64,000 nt of DNA from an uncultured Clostridia bacterium (GTDB lineage: Bacteria; Bacillota; Clostridia; Christensenellales; UBA1242). The notes beneath the pieces were generated by a model that saw only the letters and a list, made by a program, of their open reading frames with translations, was not told the DNA's origin and made no database searches. Below are positions 26,649-35,020 of this stretch, piece by piece (position 1 is the first letter of the stretch; each line of letters opens with the position of its first letter). The translations under genes and the position numbers were made by a program. The DNA is taken from assembly GCA_947382485.1 (NCBI GenBank), contig CANCYS010000004.1, forward strand, positions 6,385 to 70,384. Direction: 5' to 3'.

Positions 26649-27383
26649 ATGAAACCTAACAAAAAATCTATTGGTGAAATATTTGTTTTGTTTCTAAGCA
26701 CACTTGTCATTGTTGTTTGCTTTGTCTTTTCTGCTGAAAAAAATTATGTCTCATTCATTGCTTCACTCATAGGAATTTTCTCAGTTTTTTGTTTCAGCAC
26801 AGGTCTTTTCTATGCCCCAATCGCCAGCATAATTTATTCATTTTTTTATATTTATCTTGCATACACCCAAAAGTATTATGGTGAAATAATTGCCTTTGCT
26901 TTGATGATAATTCCAATGAGAATTGCATCAATAATAACTTGGATAAAAAGCAAAAAACAAAATGACAACAAAAACGTTCATTCCAATGTAATAAGCAAAA
27001 AAGAAATCATAATTTTGTCTTCAGTCATGGTGGCTGTAACAGTTGGAATATTTTTCATTTTAAGAGCAACTGGTGCAGCAGAAATTTGGATAGGAACATT
27101 TTCACTTGTCACAAATGTAATTGCTTCATATTTAATTTTCAGACGCAACAAATTCATGTTCGCAATTCAAATAATAAATGACCTTGCACAAATCACAATG
27201 TGGACAATTTCAGTCATTCATTTTGGAACAAGTTATCTTCCAACACTTCTTGCATTTGTTTCATATTTAATTCTTGATATCTATGGTTTAATAAATTGGC
27301 TTGTGTCAGACCATAAAAGAAAAAAACTTGAAAAAGGTGAACAAATTTCATCTAAAGAAGAACAACAAATTGTTGAACAATAA
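26649..27383 (+). CDS. PnuC-like (nicotinamide riboside/nucleoside) transporter family membrane protein
   Basis: 244 aa with about 7 TM segments. The size and motifs (...YGEIIAF...ITWIKSKK..., C-terminal DIYGLINW) are reminiscent of the PnuC family. Confidence 0.5.
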   Translation: MKPNKKSIGEIFVLFLSTLVIVVCFVFSAEKNYVSFIASLIGIFSVFCFSTGLFYAPIASIIYSFFYIYLAYTQKYYGEIIAFALMIIPMRIASIITWIKSKKQNDNKNVHSNVISKKEIIILSSVMVAVTVGIFFILRATGAAEIWIGTFSLVTNVIASYLIFRRNKFMFAIQIINDLAQITMWTISVIHFGTSYLPTLLAFVSYLILDIYGLINWLVSDHKRKKLEKGEQISSKEEQQIVEQ

Positions 27384-27390
27384 TATAATA

Positions 27391-27418
27391 AAAGGAACAC
27401 TTAAATTGTGTTCCTTTT
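27391..27418. terminator. bidirectional terminator hairpin
   Basis: AAAGGAACAC-N7-GTGTTCCTTT, between convergent genes. Confidence 0.65.
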
Positions 27419-28259
27419 AATCTTCATCATTTTTTTGTTTAAAAGTAGCAGGTTTTTCTTCCAATTCTTCTGGAATGGTTAACTTTTCTTCTTCGTCCAT
27501 AAATCCCATTTCTTTAAGTGATTGAAGTCTGCCAGAAAGTTGACACATCAAAAATTGTTGTTCAAAGAATCTTTGACCGTCAAAATCCTTCGGATTGTCA
27601 AACAATTCAAAAACCATAGTATTTATATCCTTGTCAGAATCAGCAACATAATTATCAATATATTCTTGTCTGTATTCTTCAAGTTTGTTTGATTTTTCAA
27701 ATTCTTGTGCCCAGCCATCAATGTCATCTTTAAAAAAGCCAAAGTCAGTGCTTGTGAAATGACTTATCATGTTCATCAAAAATCCAAGCCTGTACACATC
27801 AAACTTATCAGCATTCATGTTATTTGTTGCAGGGTTTAAAAACTGTGATTCAAATTGAGGACAAGGAGTTTTAGAAACTACTTTTGCATCTTCTTCTTGA
27901 TAAAAATAATCTTTGTTAAAAACTAAAAAACTGCAAGGGTCAAGCACCTTTTCTTGATTAAATTCATCTAAATATTCAATCCACACATGAAATCCAGCCC
28001 ATTTGTAAGGTGGATTAGGACTATTTTTTGCCTCCTCAATATATTGAGCGGTTGTTCCTTCCACAACCATTCCGTCAGGAACAACATGAGCAAACCATCT
28101 TGCAAGAAGTTCGCAGTTTGTTGGAGCAAACCAAGATGACCCAGCAATCAAATGTAAAGGCACACCACCCACATTAAAATTGCTGAGCAATTTCAAATGT
28201 TGGAGATATTCATAAAAAGAATAAGCATTCTCTTTTTTCAAAGTTCTTTTAACAATCAT
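27417..28259 (-). CDS. hypothetical protein with a transglutaminase/papain-like Cys-His-Asp arrangement and an acidic C-terminus
   Basis: 280 aa. C49 (PTNCELLARWF), H91 (GFHVWIEY) and D107 (VLDP) have the spacing typical of transglutaminase-like cysteine peptidase cores. Confidence 0.4.
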   Translation of the reverse strand: MIVKRTLKKENAYSFYEYLQHLKLLSNFNVGGVPLHLIAGSSWFAPTNCELLARWFAHVVPDGMVVEGTTAQYIEEAKNSPNPPYKWAGFHVWIEYLDEFNQEKVLDPCSFLVFNKDYFYQEEDAKVVSKTPCPQFESQFLNPATNNMNADKFDVYRLGFLMNMISHFTSTDFGFFKDDIDGWAQEFEKSNKLEEYRQEYIDNYVADSDKDINTMVFELFDNPKDFDGQRFFEQQFLMCQLSGRLQSLKEMGFMDEEEKLTIPEELEEKPATFKQKNDED

Positions 28260-28345
28260 AAGTTTTCCTCTTGTTAAAAAGAGTTTAAAACAAAACTTTT
28301 ATTCTGTCAATATCAAACGAAAAATTAGTATGATGTGCTCTTTGT

Positions 28346-28374
28346 TTGGTAGTTTATTAAAAGTATGTTATAAT
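28346..28374 (+). promoter_or_regulatory. sigma-70 type promoter (extended -10)
   Basis: TTGGTA, 17-nt spacer, TGtTATAAT. Confidence 0.6.
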
Positions 28375-28399
28375 TTGCGTTATTAAAAGGAAATATTAA

Positions 28400-28903
28400 A
28401 TGTATAATGAACTCACAGCAGTCGATATAAAAAAAATGAAAGAGGAAATAAAGTATAGGTCAACAAATCTCAGACCTAAACTTTCTGATGACGTAAAAGA
28501 AGCGAGAGCACTTGGTGATCTTTCAGAAAATGCAGAATATCGCAGTGCAAGAAGGGCATTTGGAAGAAACGAAAGTAGAATCAGATTTTTAGAAAAAATG
28601 ATTAGAACTGCAAAAGTAATTTCAACTGAGTCAAAGCCAGATGAAGTTGGACTTTTTGACAGAATAGAAATTTTATATGAAGATACTGGTGAAACAGAAT
28701 TTGTAATGCTTTCAACCACAACAAGACTAGACCTCGCAAACGGAGTAATCAGCAAAGAATCCCCATTTGGCAAGGCAGTGATTGGGCATAAAGTGGGTGA
28801 CAAAATATTAGTAAAAGCAAGCGAAGATTACAGTTATTTTGTCACAATCAAGTCAATAACAAAAGGTGAAGACGATGAGTCAATTCCACTTAATGGCTAT
28901 TAA
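28400..28903 (+). CDS. GreA/GreB family transcript cleavage factor (second copy in window)
   Basis: 167 aa. Coiled-coil tip GDLSENAEYRSA; C-terminal ESPFGKAVIGHKVGD. Confidence 0.8.
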   Translation: MYNELTAVDIKKMKEEIKYRSTNLRPKLSDDVKEARALGDLSENAEYRSARRAFGRNESRIRFLEKMIRTAKVISTESKPDEVGLFDRIEILYEDTGETEFVMLSTTTRLDLANGVISKESPFGKAVIGHKVGDKILVKASEDYSYFVTIKSITKGEDDESIPLNGY

Positions 28904-29066
28904 CTTTTGAATTGTGCATAATGACATAATTTTAAAAAAATTTATAAAAAATACTTGAATGATTATTATAAATTTGATAGAATACATATGGCAAATTTAA
29001 TGTTTGCCGATTATTTTTTTTAAAAGATAATAGTGAGTAAAAACTCATTTATATAAAGGAGATAAT

Positions 29067-31316
29067 ATGGAAGAAATTTTAGTAGAAGAATGGAAAGGTT
29101 TTAAAGGAGACGATTGGAAAGAAGAAATCGATGTCAGCAGTTTCATTGATAAAAACTACACTGAATACACTGGCGATGACACATTTCTTGTAGGACCAAC
29201 TGCAAAAACAAACGCAGTTTGGAAAAGATGTGAAGAACTCTTAGATCAAGAAATGAAAAATGGTGGTTGCCTTGATGTTGAAACAAACATTTTAAGTGGA
29301 ATCACTGCATATGCACCAGGCTATATTGATAAAGATAACGAAGTTATCGTTGGTCTTCAAACAGATGCTCCACTCAAAAGAATTGTAAATATGTATGGTG
29401 GAACAAAAATTGCTTTAAAAGCACTTGAATCTCATGGATACAGCCTTAATCCAGAAATTTTAAAATCATTCACAACATACAGAAAAACACATAACGATGG
29501 TGTTTTTGATGCCTACACACCAAGCATTAGACGTGCAAGAAGCAATGGTCTTTTAACAGGTCTTCCTGATGGCTATGGCAGAGGAAGAATCATCGGCGAT
29601 TATAGAAGAATTGCACTTTATGGTGTTGATAGACTTATCGAAGTTAAAAAGAAAGATTTAACTGGTGAATACATAAATGAACAATTCATTGAAGAAAACA
29701 TCAGACTTCGTGAAGAAATCAATGAGCAAATCCGTGCACTTGAAGCAATCAAAGAAATGGCACTTTCTTATGGTTATGACATTTCAAAACCTGCAAAAAA
29801 TGCAAGAGAAGCAATTCAATGGGCATATTTTGGTTACCTTGCTGGTGCAAAAGAAAATAATGGTGCTGCAACAAGCATGGGTAGAGATGCATCATTCTTT
29901 GATGTGTATATTGAAAGAGATTTGAAAAATGGTGAAATCACTGAAAATGAAGCACAAGAAATGATTGACCAATTTGTTATAAAACTCAGATTAATCAGAC
30001 ATCTTAGAACACCTGATTATGATGAACTTTTCGCAGGTGACCCAACTTGGGTAACAGAAAGCATTGCAGGTATGATTAATGAATCAAGAAGTTTAGTAAC
30101 AAAAAGTTCATTCAGATTCTTGCACACACTCATCAACTTAAAACCAAGTGCAGAACCAAACCTCACAGTTTTGTGGGCAAAAGGTCTCCCAGAAAATTTC
30201 AAAAAATTCTGTGCAAAAATTTCAATTTTAACAGACTCAATTCAATATGAAGGTGACGACACAATGCGTCCACTTTATGGCCATGACTACACAATTGCAT
30301 GTTGTGTATCTTCAATGAAAGAAGGCAAACAAATGCAATTCTTTGGTGCTAGATGCAACCTTGCAAAATCACTTTTATATGCAATTAATGGTGGTATTGA
30401 TGAACTCAGTCAAAAACTCGTAATCACTGGATTCGATAAAATTGAAGACGAAATTTTAGATTATGACAAAGTAAGAAAAGCATACAGTGAAATGCTCAAA
30501 AAGATAGCAAAAATATATGTAGACGCAAACAACATCATTCACTTCATGCACGATAAATATGCTTATGAAGCAAGCCAAATGGCACTTCATGACACAAATG
30601 TTGAAAGACTCATGGCTTTCGGCGTTGCAGGATTCTCATCTGCTGTTGACTCACTTTCAGCAATAAAATATGCAAAAGTAAAACCAATCAGAAATGAAAA
30701 TGGTGTTGCAGTAGAATTTGAAGTTGAAGGCGAATTCCCTAAATATGGAAACGATGACAATCGTGTTGACGAAATCGCAGTTGAACTTGTTAAAGAGTTC
30801 TATGAAGAACTTGCAAGCCACAGTTTGTATAGAAATGCAAAAGCAACACTTTCACTTTTGACAATCACATCAAATGTAATGTATGGTCAAAAAACAGGAA
30901 GCACTCCTGATGGAAGAAAAGCAGGTGAAGCATTTGCACCAGGTGCAAACCCAATGCACGGCAGAGATTCAAGTGGTGCACTTGCTTCTCTCAACTCAGT
31001 TGCAAAAATCCCATTTGAAAATTGTTGTCAAGACGGTGTTTCAAACACATTCTCAATTGTTCCAACAGCACTTGGAAACAATGAAGAAGAACAAGTAAAC
31101 AATCTCGTAAATATCATTGATGGCTATTTCGCACAAGGTGCACAACATTTGAATGTAAATGTATTTAACAGAGAACTTTTGATTGACGCAATGAATAATC
31201 CAGGAAAATATCCAACACTTACAATTCGTGTTTCTGGTTATGCCGTAAACTTCAACAAACTTGATCGTGCTCACCAAGAAGAAGTTATTGCAAGAACATT
31301 CCACGAAAAAAGATAA
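29067..31316 (+). CDS. pflB: formate C-acetyltransferase (pyruvate formate-lyase)
   Basis: 749 aa. Glycyl-radical motif RVSGYAVNF near the C-terminus; active-site CCVS. Confidence 0.93.
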   Translation: MEEILVEEWKGFKGDDWKEEIDVSSFIDKNYTEYTGDDTFLVGPTAKTNAVWKRCEELLDQEMKNGGCLDVETNILSGITAYAPGYIDKDNEVIVGLQTDAPLKRIVNMYGGTKIALKALESHGYSLNPEILKSFTTYRKTHNDGVFDAYTPSIRRARSNGLLTGLPDGYGRGRIIGDYRRIALYGVDRLIEVKKKDLTGEYINEQFIEENIRLREEINEQIRALEAIKEMALSYGYDISKPAKNAREAIQWAYFGYLAGAKENNGAATSMGRDASFFDVYIERDLKNGEITENEAQEMIDQFVIKLRLIRHLRTPDYDELFAGDPTWVTESIAGMINESRSLVTKSSFRFLHTLINLKPSAEPNLTVLWAKGLPENFKKFCAKISILTDSIQYEGDDTMRPLYGHDYTIACCVSSMKEGKQMQFFGARCNLAKSLLYAINGGIDELSQKLVITGFDKIEDEILDYDKVRKAYSEMLKKIAKIYVDANNIIHFMHDKYAYEASQMALHDTNVERLMAFGVAGFSSAVDSLSAIKYAKVKPIRNENGVAVEFEVEGEFPKYGNDDNRVDEIAVELVKEFYEELASHSLYRNAKATLSLLTITSNVMYGQKTGSTPDGRKAGEAFAPGANPMHGRDSSGALASLNSVAKIPFENCCQDGVSNTFSIVPTALGNNEEEQVNNLVNIIDGYFAQGAQHLNVNVFNRELLIDAMNNPGKYPTLTIRVSGYAVNFNKLDRAHQEEVIARTFHEKR

Positions 31317-31328
31317 TAAAGGAAAACT

Positions 31329-32033
31329 ATGTTAGGAAAAGTCACAGATATAGAAACAATGGGTTTGGTTGACGGACCAGGAATGCGTCTAGTGATTTTT
31401 CTTGCTGGTTGCAAGCTAAGATGTTTGTATTGTCACAATCCTGAAACTTGGGACGAAAATGGACACAAAAAACTCATGTCCAGTGAAGATATACTTTCAC
31501 TATATAAAAAGTATCAAAACTATTATGGTGAAACTGGTGGAGTAACATTTTCGGGTGGAGAACCACTAATTCAAAGAGATTTTTTAATTGAAACAATCAA
31601 ACTTTTAAAACAAAACAATATCCATGTTGCAATCGACACTGCTGGCGTAGCAGAAGGTTATGAGGAAATTTTAGACCTTGTTGACCTTGTAATATTAGAT
31701 ATCAAAGCAACAAGTCCAGATGACTACAAATTTATCACTGGCATGGAAATGAATAAGTTTAATGAGTTTTTAAAACTTGTACAAAGTAAAAATAAAAAAC
31801 TCTGGCTCAGACAGGTTATTGTTCCAGGCATCAATGACAAAAAAGAACAAGTGTTAAAACTCAAAGAGTTTGCAAACCAAATAAAAAATGTAGAAAGAAT
31901 AGAACTCTTACCATATCACACACTTGGCGTATCAAAGTATAAAGATTTAGGAATAGAGTATAGGCTTCCTGATGTGCTAGATATGGATAAAGAAAAGTGT
32001 AAAGAACTTGAAAAAATACTTAAAAAAGCATAG
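31329..32033 (+). CDS. pflA: pyruvate formate-lyase activating enzyme (radical SAM)
   Basis: 234 aa, CKLRCLYCHN cluster motif; adjacent to pflB. Confidence 0.92.
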   Translation: MLGKVTDIETMGLVDGPGMRLVIFLAGCKLRCLYCHNPETWDENGHKKLMSSEDILSLYKKYQNYYGETGGVTFSGGEPLIQRDFLIETIKLLKQNNIHVAIDTAGVAEGYEEILDLVDLVILDIKATSPDDYKFITGMEMNKFNEFLKLVQSKNKKLWLRQVIVPGINDKKEQVLKLKEFANQIKNVERIELLPYHTLGVSKYKDLGIEYRLPDVLDMDKEKCKELEKILKKA

Positions 32034-32050
32034 CAATATGCTTTTTTATT
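32026..32050 (+). terminator. rho-independent terminator after pflA
   Basis: AAGCATA-GCAA-TATGCTT hairpin plus a T-run; the stem overlaps the stop codon. Confidence 0.7.
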
Positions 32051-32097
32051 TTTTTTAATTTTTGTTATAATGTTTTTACATATGAAAGGAGAAGGTT

Positions 32098-32811
32098 ATG
32101 AGATTGCTTTTATGTTCAGATTTTTATAGTTGTGGAATAAAGTTTTTAAATCGTTTTTTTGAAAACTTTCAAAATAAAAAGTGTTTGTTTATTGGCTATG
32201 CCAGTGAAAACGATGAAAAGATGTATGAAAGTAGAGTAAAAGATTTAATTTCAAGTTTGGGTTTCGAAATAGTAGATTTAACACCAAACTATGATTTTAG
32301 TGATAAATTAGACATGATATATTCAAGGGGCGGAAACACCACCAAATGTTTGCATTTGCTTAAAAAATATAATCAGTTTGAAAAAGTTAGAAACCTCGTT
32401 GAAAAAGACAATGTTTTATATGTTGGTCAAAGTGCAGGAAGTGTACTTGCAGGGAGCGACACAGAGTGGACGCTTCTTTCTGAGCCATACAATTTTGATT
32501 TAAAAAAAGAATATGGCAAAGATGCTTTAAATGGATATGGTTGGGTAAATAAAATGGTATTTGTTCATTGTAGCAAATATCGTATGTTATGGGACGACGA
32601 ACAAATAAATGGAAGCAATAATTGGCGAGTGCTTAACAGAGAATTTTATGGTGATTATTTAAGAGATTTAAAAATTCATAAAAAAGGTTCATATATAACT
32701 CTCGGAAACAATCAAGTGTATTTTCAAAATAATGATAGCCCCAAAATTTTAACTTACGATTGGAGCAATGTTCCAGTTGATAAGTCATATGTCCCAGACT
32801 ATTTAAAATAA
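32098..32811 (+). CDS. peptidase S51 (dipeptidase E)-like / class I glutamine amidotransferase-like protein
   Basis: 237 aa. IYSRGGNTTKCLHLL...LYVGQSAGSVLAG matches the S51 nucleophile-elbow pattern. Confidence 0.55.
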   Translation: MRLLLCSDFYSCGIKFLNRFFENFQNKKCLFIGYASENDEKMYESRVKDLISSLGFEIVDLTPNYDFSDKLDMIYSRGGNTTKCLHLLKKYNQFEKVRNLVEKDNVLYVGQSAGSVLAGSDTEWTLLSEPYNFDLKKEYGKDALNGYGWVNKMVFVHCSKYRMLWDDEQINGSNNWRVLNREFYGDYLRDLKIHKKGSYITLGNNQVYFQNNDSPKILTYDWSNVPVDKSYVPDYLK

Positions 32812-32817
32812 AAAATA

Positions 32818-32854
32818 AAAAAACATCTTACAAAAAAATGTAAGATGTTTTTTA
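32818..32854. terminator. bidirectional rho-independent terminator
   Basis: AAACATCTTACA-A6-TGTAAGATGTTT, a 12-bp stem with A/T runs on both sides. Confidence 0.85.
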
Positions 32855-32864
32855 AATTAAAATT

Positions 32865-33461
32865 TTAAAGTAGCATATCATCAGGCAGTTGAACTTCACA
32901 ATATCCTTGTTTTGCTTCACATAGTGGACATTTGTCCCAAGCCTCTTTGCTATAACTTACATAGCCACAACTTGGACAAACCCAATAAACTTGTTTAGCC
33001 TTTTTATATAATTTGTTAGAATGAAATTGAGAGTATAATTCTTTAAATATATTAGCGTGCCTAACTTCAACATCATGAATCATTTTAAAGATGTCAGCAA
33101 TTTCATCAAAGCCTTCTTCACGAGCAACCTTCTCAAATTTCTCATAAACTTTTGCCTCATCAAGTTCATCTTGCGACAAAAGTTTCAAGTTAGTTGCAAG
33201 GTCCCACTTTTCTTTAAAAGGCAAACCTGCACACACATCAACATTATCAATTTGTGGCATTTCAGCATCTTGAAGTTTTGCATAAAGCACTCTCGCATGA
33301 TTAAATTCTTGATAAGCAATTTTATCAATAAGCGTTGCAATAGCCTCATATCCATTATATCTAAATCCATATTCGCAAAATTCGTATCTAGTTCTTGCGG
33401 CACATTCTGATGTATATGCAATCGCAAGATTTTTAAATGTTTCGCTATCTTTTAATTTCAT
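32865..33461 (-). CDS. rbr: rubrerythrin
   Basis: 198 aa. Ferritin-like diiron N-domain (E..E..H motifs) plus a C-terminal rubredoxin-like CPSCG...CPLC. Confidence 0.85.
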   Translation of the reverse strand: MKLKDSETFKNLAIAYTSECAARTRYEFCEYGFRYNGYEAIATLIDKIAYQEFNHARVLYAKLQDAEMPQIDNVDVCAGLPFKEKWDLATNLKLLSQDELDEAKVYEKFEKVAREEGFDEIADIFKMIHDVEVRHANIFKELYSQFHSNKLYKKAKQVYWVCPSCGYVSYSKEAWDKCPLCEAKQGYCEVQLPDDMLL

Positions 33462-33535
33462 AAAATCCTCCTAAATAAAATTGTTAACAATGAAAAAATT
33501 AATATTCATTTAGGTGATATAATAAATTTTAAAAT

Positions 33536-33568
33536 AAATAAAAACATCTCACAAATTCGTGAGACGTT
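33536..33568 (-). terminator. rho-independent terminator after glgA
   Basis: The minus strand reads ACGTCTCAC-GAATTT-GTGAGATGT plus a T-run. Confidence 0.7.
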
Positions 33569-33572
33569 TATT

Positions 33573-35012
33573 TTATTCATACATTTCTTCATAAAGTTCA
33601 AGATATTTTTTAGAACATTCAGCAATGTCAAAATCTTGTGACATACCGCAGGTTATATAACGGTTAATTTTTTCTTTTTCACCAAAGTTTCGAAGTGTTC
33701 TGTCCAAAAGGTCAGAAAGCGATGTTGAGTCATAACTTTTCAAAATATATCCGTTTCCATTGTTATACTTAAAGTCAGAAAAATTATCAATAAGTCCGCC
33801 AGTTTGATAAACAATAGGCATACAACCATATCTGTTTGCAATAATAGGGCAAAGACCACAAGGTTCAACACTTGATGTATTAAGCAAAAAGTCTGAACCA
33901 GCATAAATTTTTCTTGCAAGACTTGCGTTGTAGTCAAAAACCACTTTAACATTTTCAGGATACTTTTTGTTTAACCCTTCCAAAAATTCTTTATATTTTT
34001 TGTCAACTGGTCCAACCGCAACAAATTGAATACCTTTTTGAATATAAGTTTCTAAAACTTGTTCAATCAAATCAAATCCCTTGTATGATGTCATAAGACC
34101 AATAAAAGAATACATAGGAATATTCTCATCAATTGTAAGCCCAAGTTCTTCTTGAAGTTTAAGTTTATTCTCAGTTCTTTTTTCAATAGAGTTGATGTCA
34201 TAGTTAACATAAATTTCAGAATCCGTTGCTGGATTGTAAAATTCATTATCAATACCATTGGTTATGCCTGTAAGTTTGTGAGTAATTGATTGGAAAAGAC
34301 CTTGAAGACCATTTCCTTTGTCAGTATTCACAATTTCATTTCTATATGTTTCACTAACAGCAACAATTTGGTCAGCACACAAAATACCAGCTTTCATAAC
34401 GTTTGCTTTTCCAAAAAAGTCAAAAAGATATGCAAATCTATCCTCAATTCCAAGAAGTTCACTAACAACTTTAAAGTCTGTTTGACCTTGGAAAGTCAAG
34501 TTGTGAATAGTTAAAACTGTTTTAATGTGTTCATATTTTGGGTTAGCCCATTCAAACACTTTCAAAAACGTACAAACAAGAGAAGTTTGCCAGTCATTTG
34601 CGTGAATAATATCAGGGAAGAAACTAATCATAGGAAGCATATCAAGCACAGCTTTGCTGAAAAAACTATATCTTTCAACAGCATCTTCATAGCCATATAA
34701 TTTTTCTCTGCCGAAATAATGTTTGTTATCAATAAAATAATATGTAATTCCGTTTAGTTCGTATTCATAGATTCCGCAGTAGTCGTTTCTCCAAGTAAGT
34801 CCAACATTTCGCTCGGCTATAAGTTTGAAATTCTCTTTAAATTCGTCTTTAATTGAGTCATGTAGTGGCATAACAACTCTAATGTCAACTCTTTCAGAAT
34901 CGGCATAACTCTTTGGAAGGGCATAAGCCATTTCCGCCATACCACCATTAGCACAAAATGGCAAGCATTCTGTCGTAACGAATAAAATATTTAATGTAGT
35001 TTTCTCGTCCAT
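33573..35012 (-). CDS. glgA: glycogen synthase (GT5)
   Basis: 479 aa. N-terminus ILFVTTECLPFCANGGMAEMAYALP; C-terminal E-x7-E type region SVEPCGLCPIIA. Confidence 0.88.
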   Translation of the reverse strand: MDEKTTLNILFVTTECLPFCANGGMAEMAYALPKSYADSERVDIRVVMPLHDSIKDEFKENFKLIAERNVGLTWRNDYCGIYEYELNGITYYFIDNKHYFGREKLYGYEDAVERYSFFSKAVLDMLPMISFFPDIIHANDWQTSLVCTFLKVFEWANPKYEHIKTVLTIHNLTFQGQTDFKVVSELLGIEDRFAYLFDFFGKANVMKAGILCADQIVAVSETYRNEIVNTDKGNGLQGLFQSITHKLTGITNGIDNEFYNPATDSEIYVNYDINSIEKRTENKLKLQEELGLTIDENIPMYSFIGLMTSYKGFDLIEQVLETYIQKGIQFVAVGPVDKKYKEFLEGLNKKYPENVKVVFDYNASLARKIYAGSDFLLNTSSVEPCGLCPIIANRYGCMPIVYQTGGLIDNFSDFKYNNGNGYILKSYDSTSLSDLLDRTLRNFGEKEKINRYITCGMSQDFDIAECSKKYLELYEEMYE

Positions 35013-35020
35013 AAAACCTC

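Noticed and set aside
25427-28300. Possible genomic island integrated at the tmRNA 3' end
   Set aside because: No integrase or recombinase gene is present. No direct repeat of the tmRNA 3' end was seen downstream. The adjacent genes look like ordinary metabolic or housecleaning genes.
28396-28803. 135-aa minus-strand ORF
   Set aside because: It is antisense to the second Gre-factor gene, whose identity is clear from motifs.
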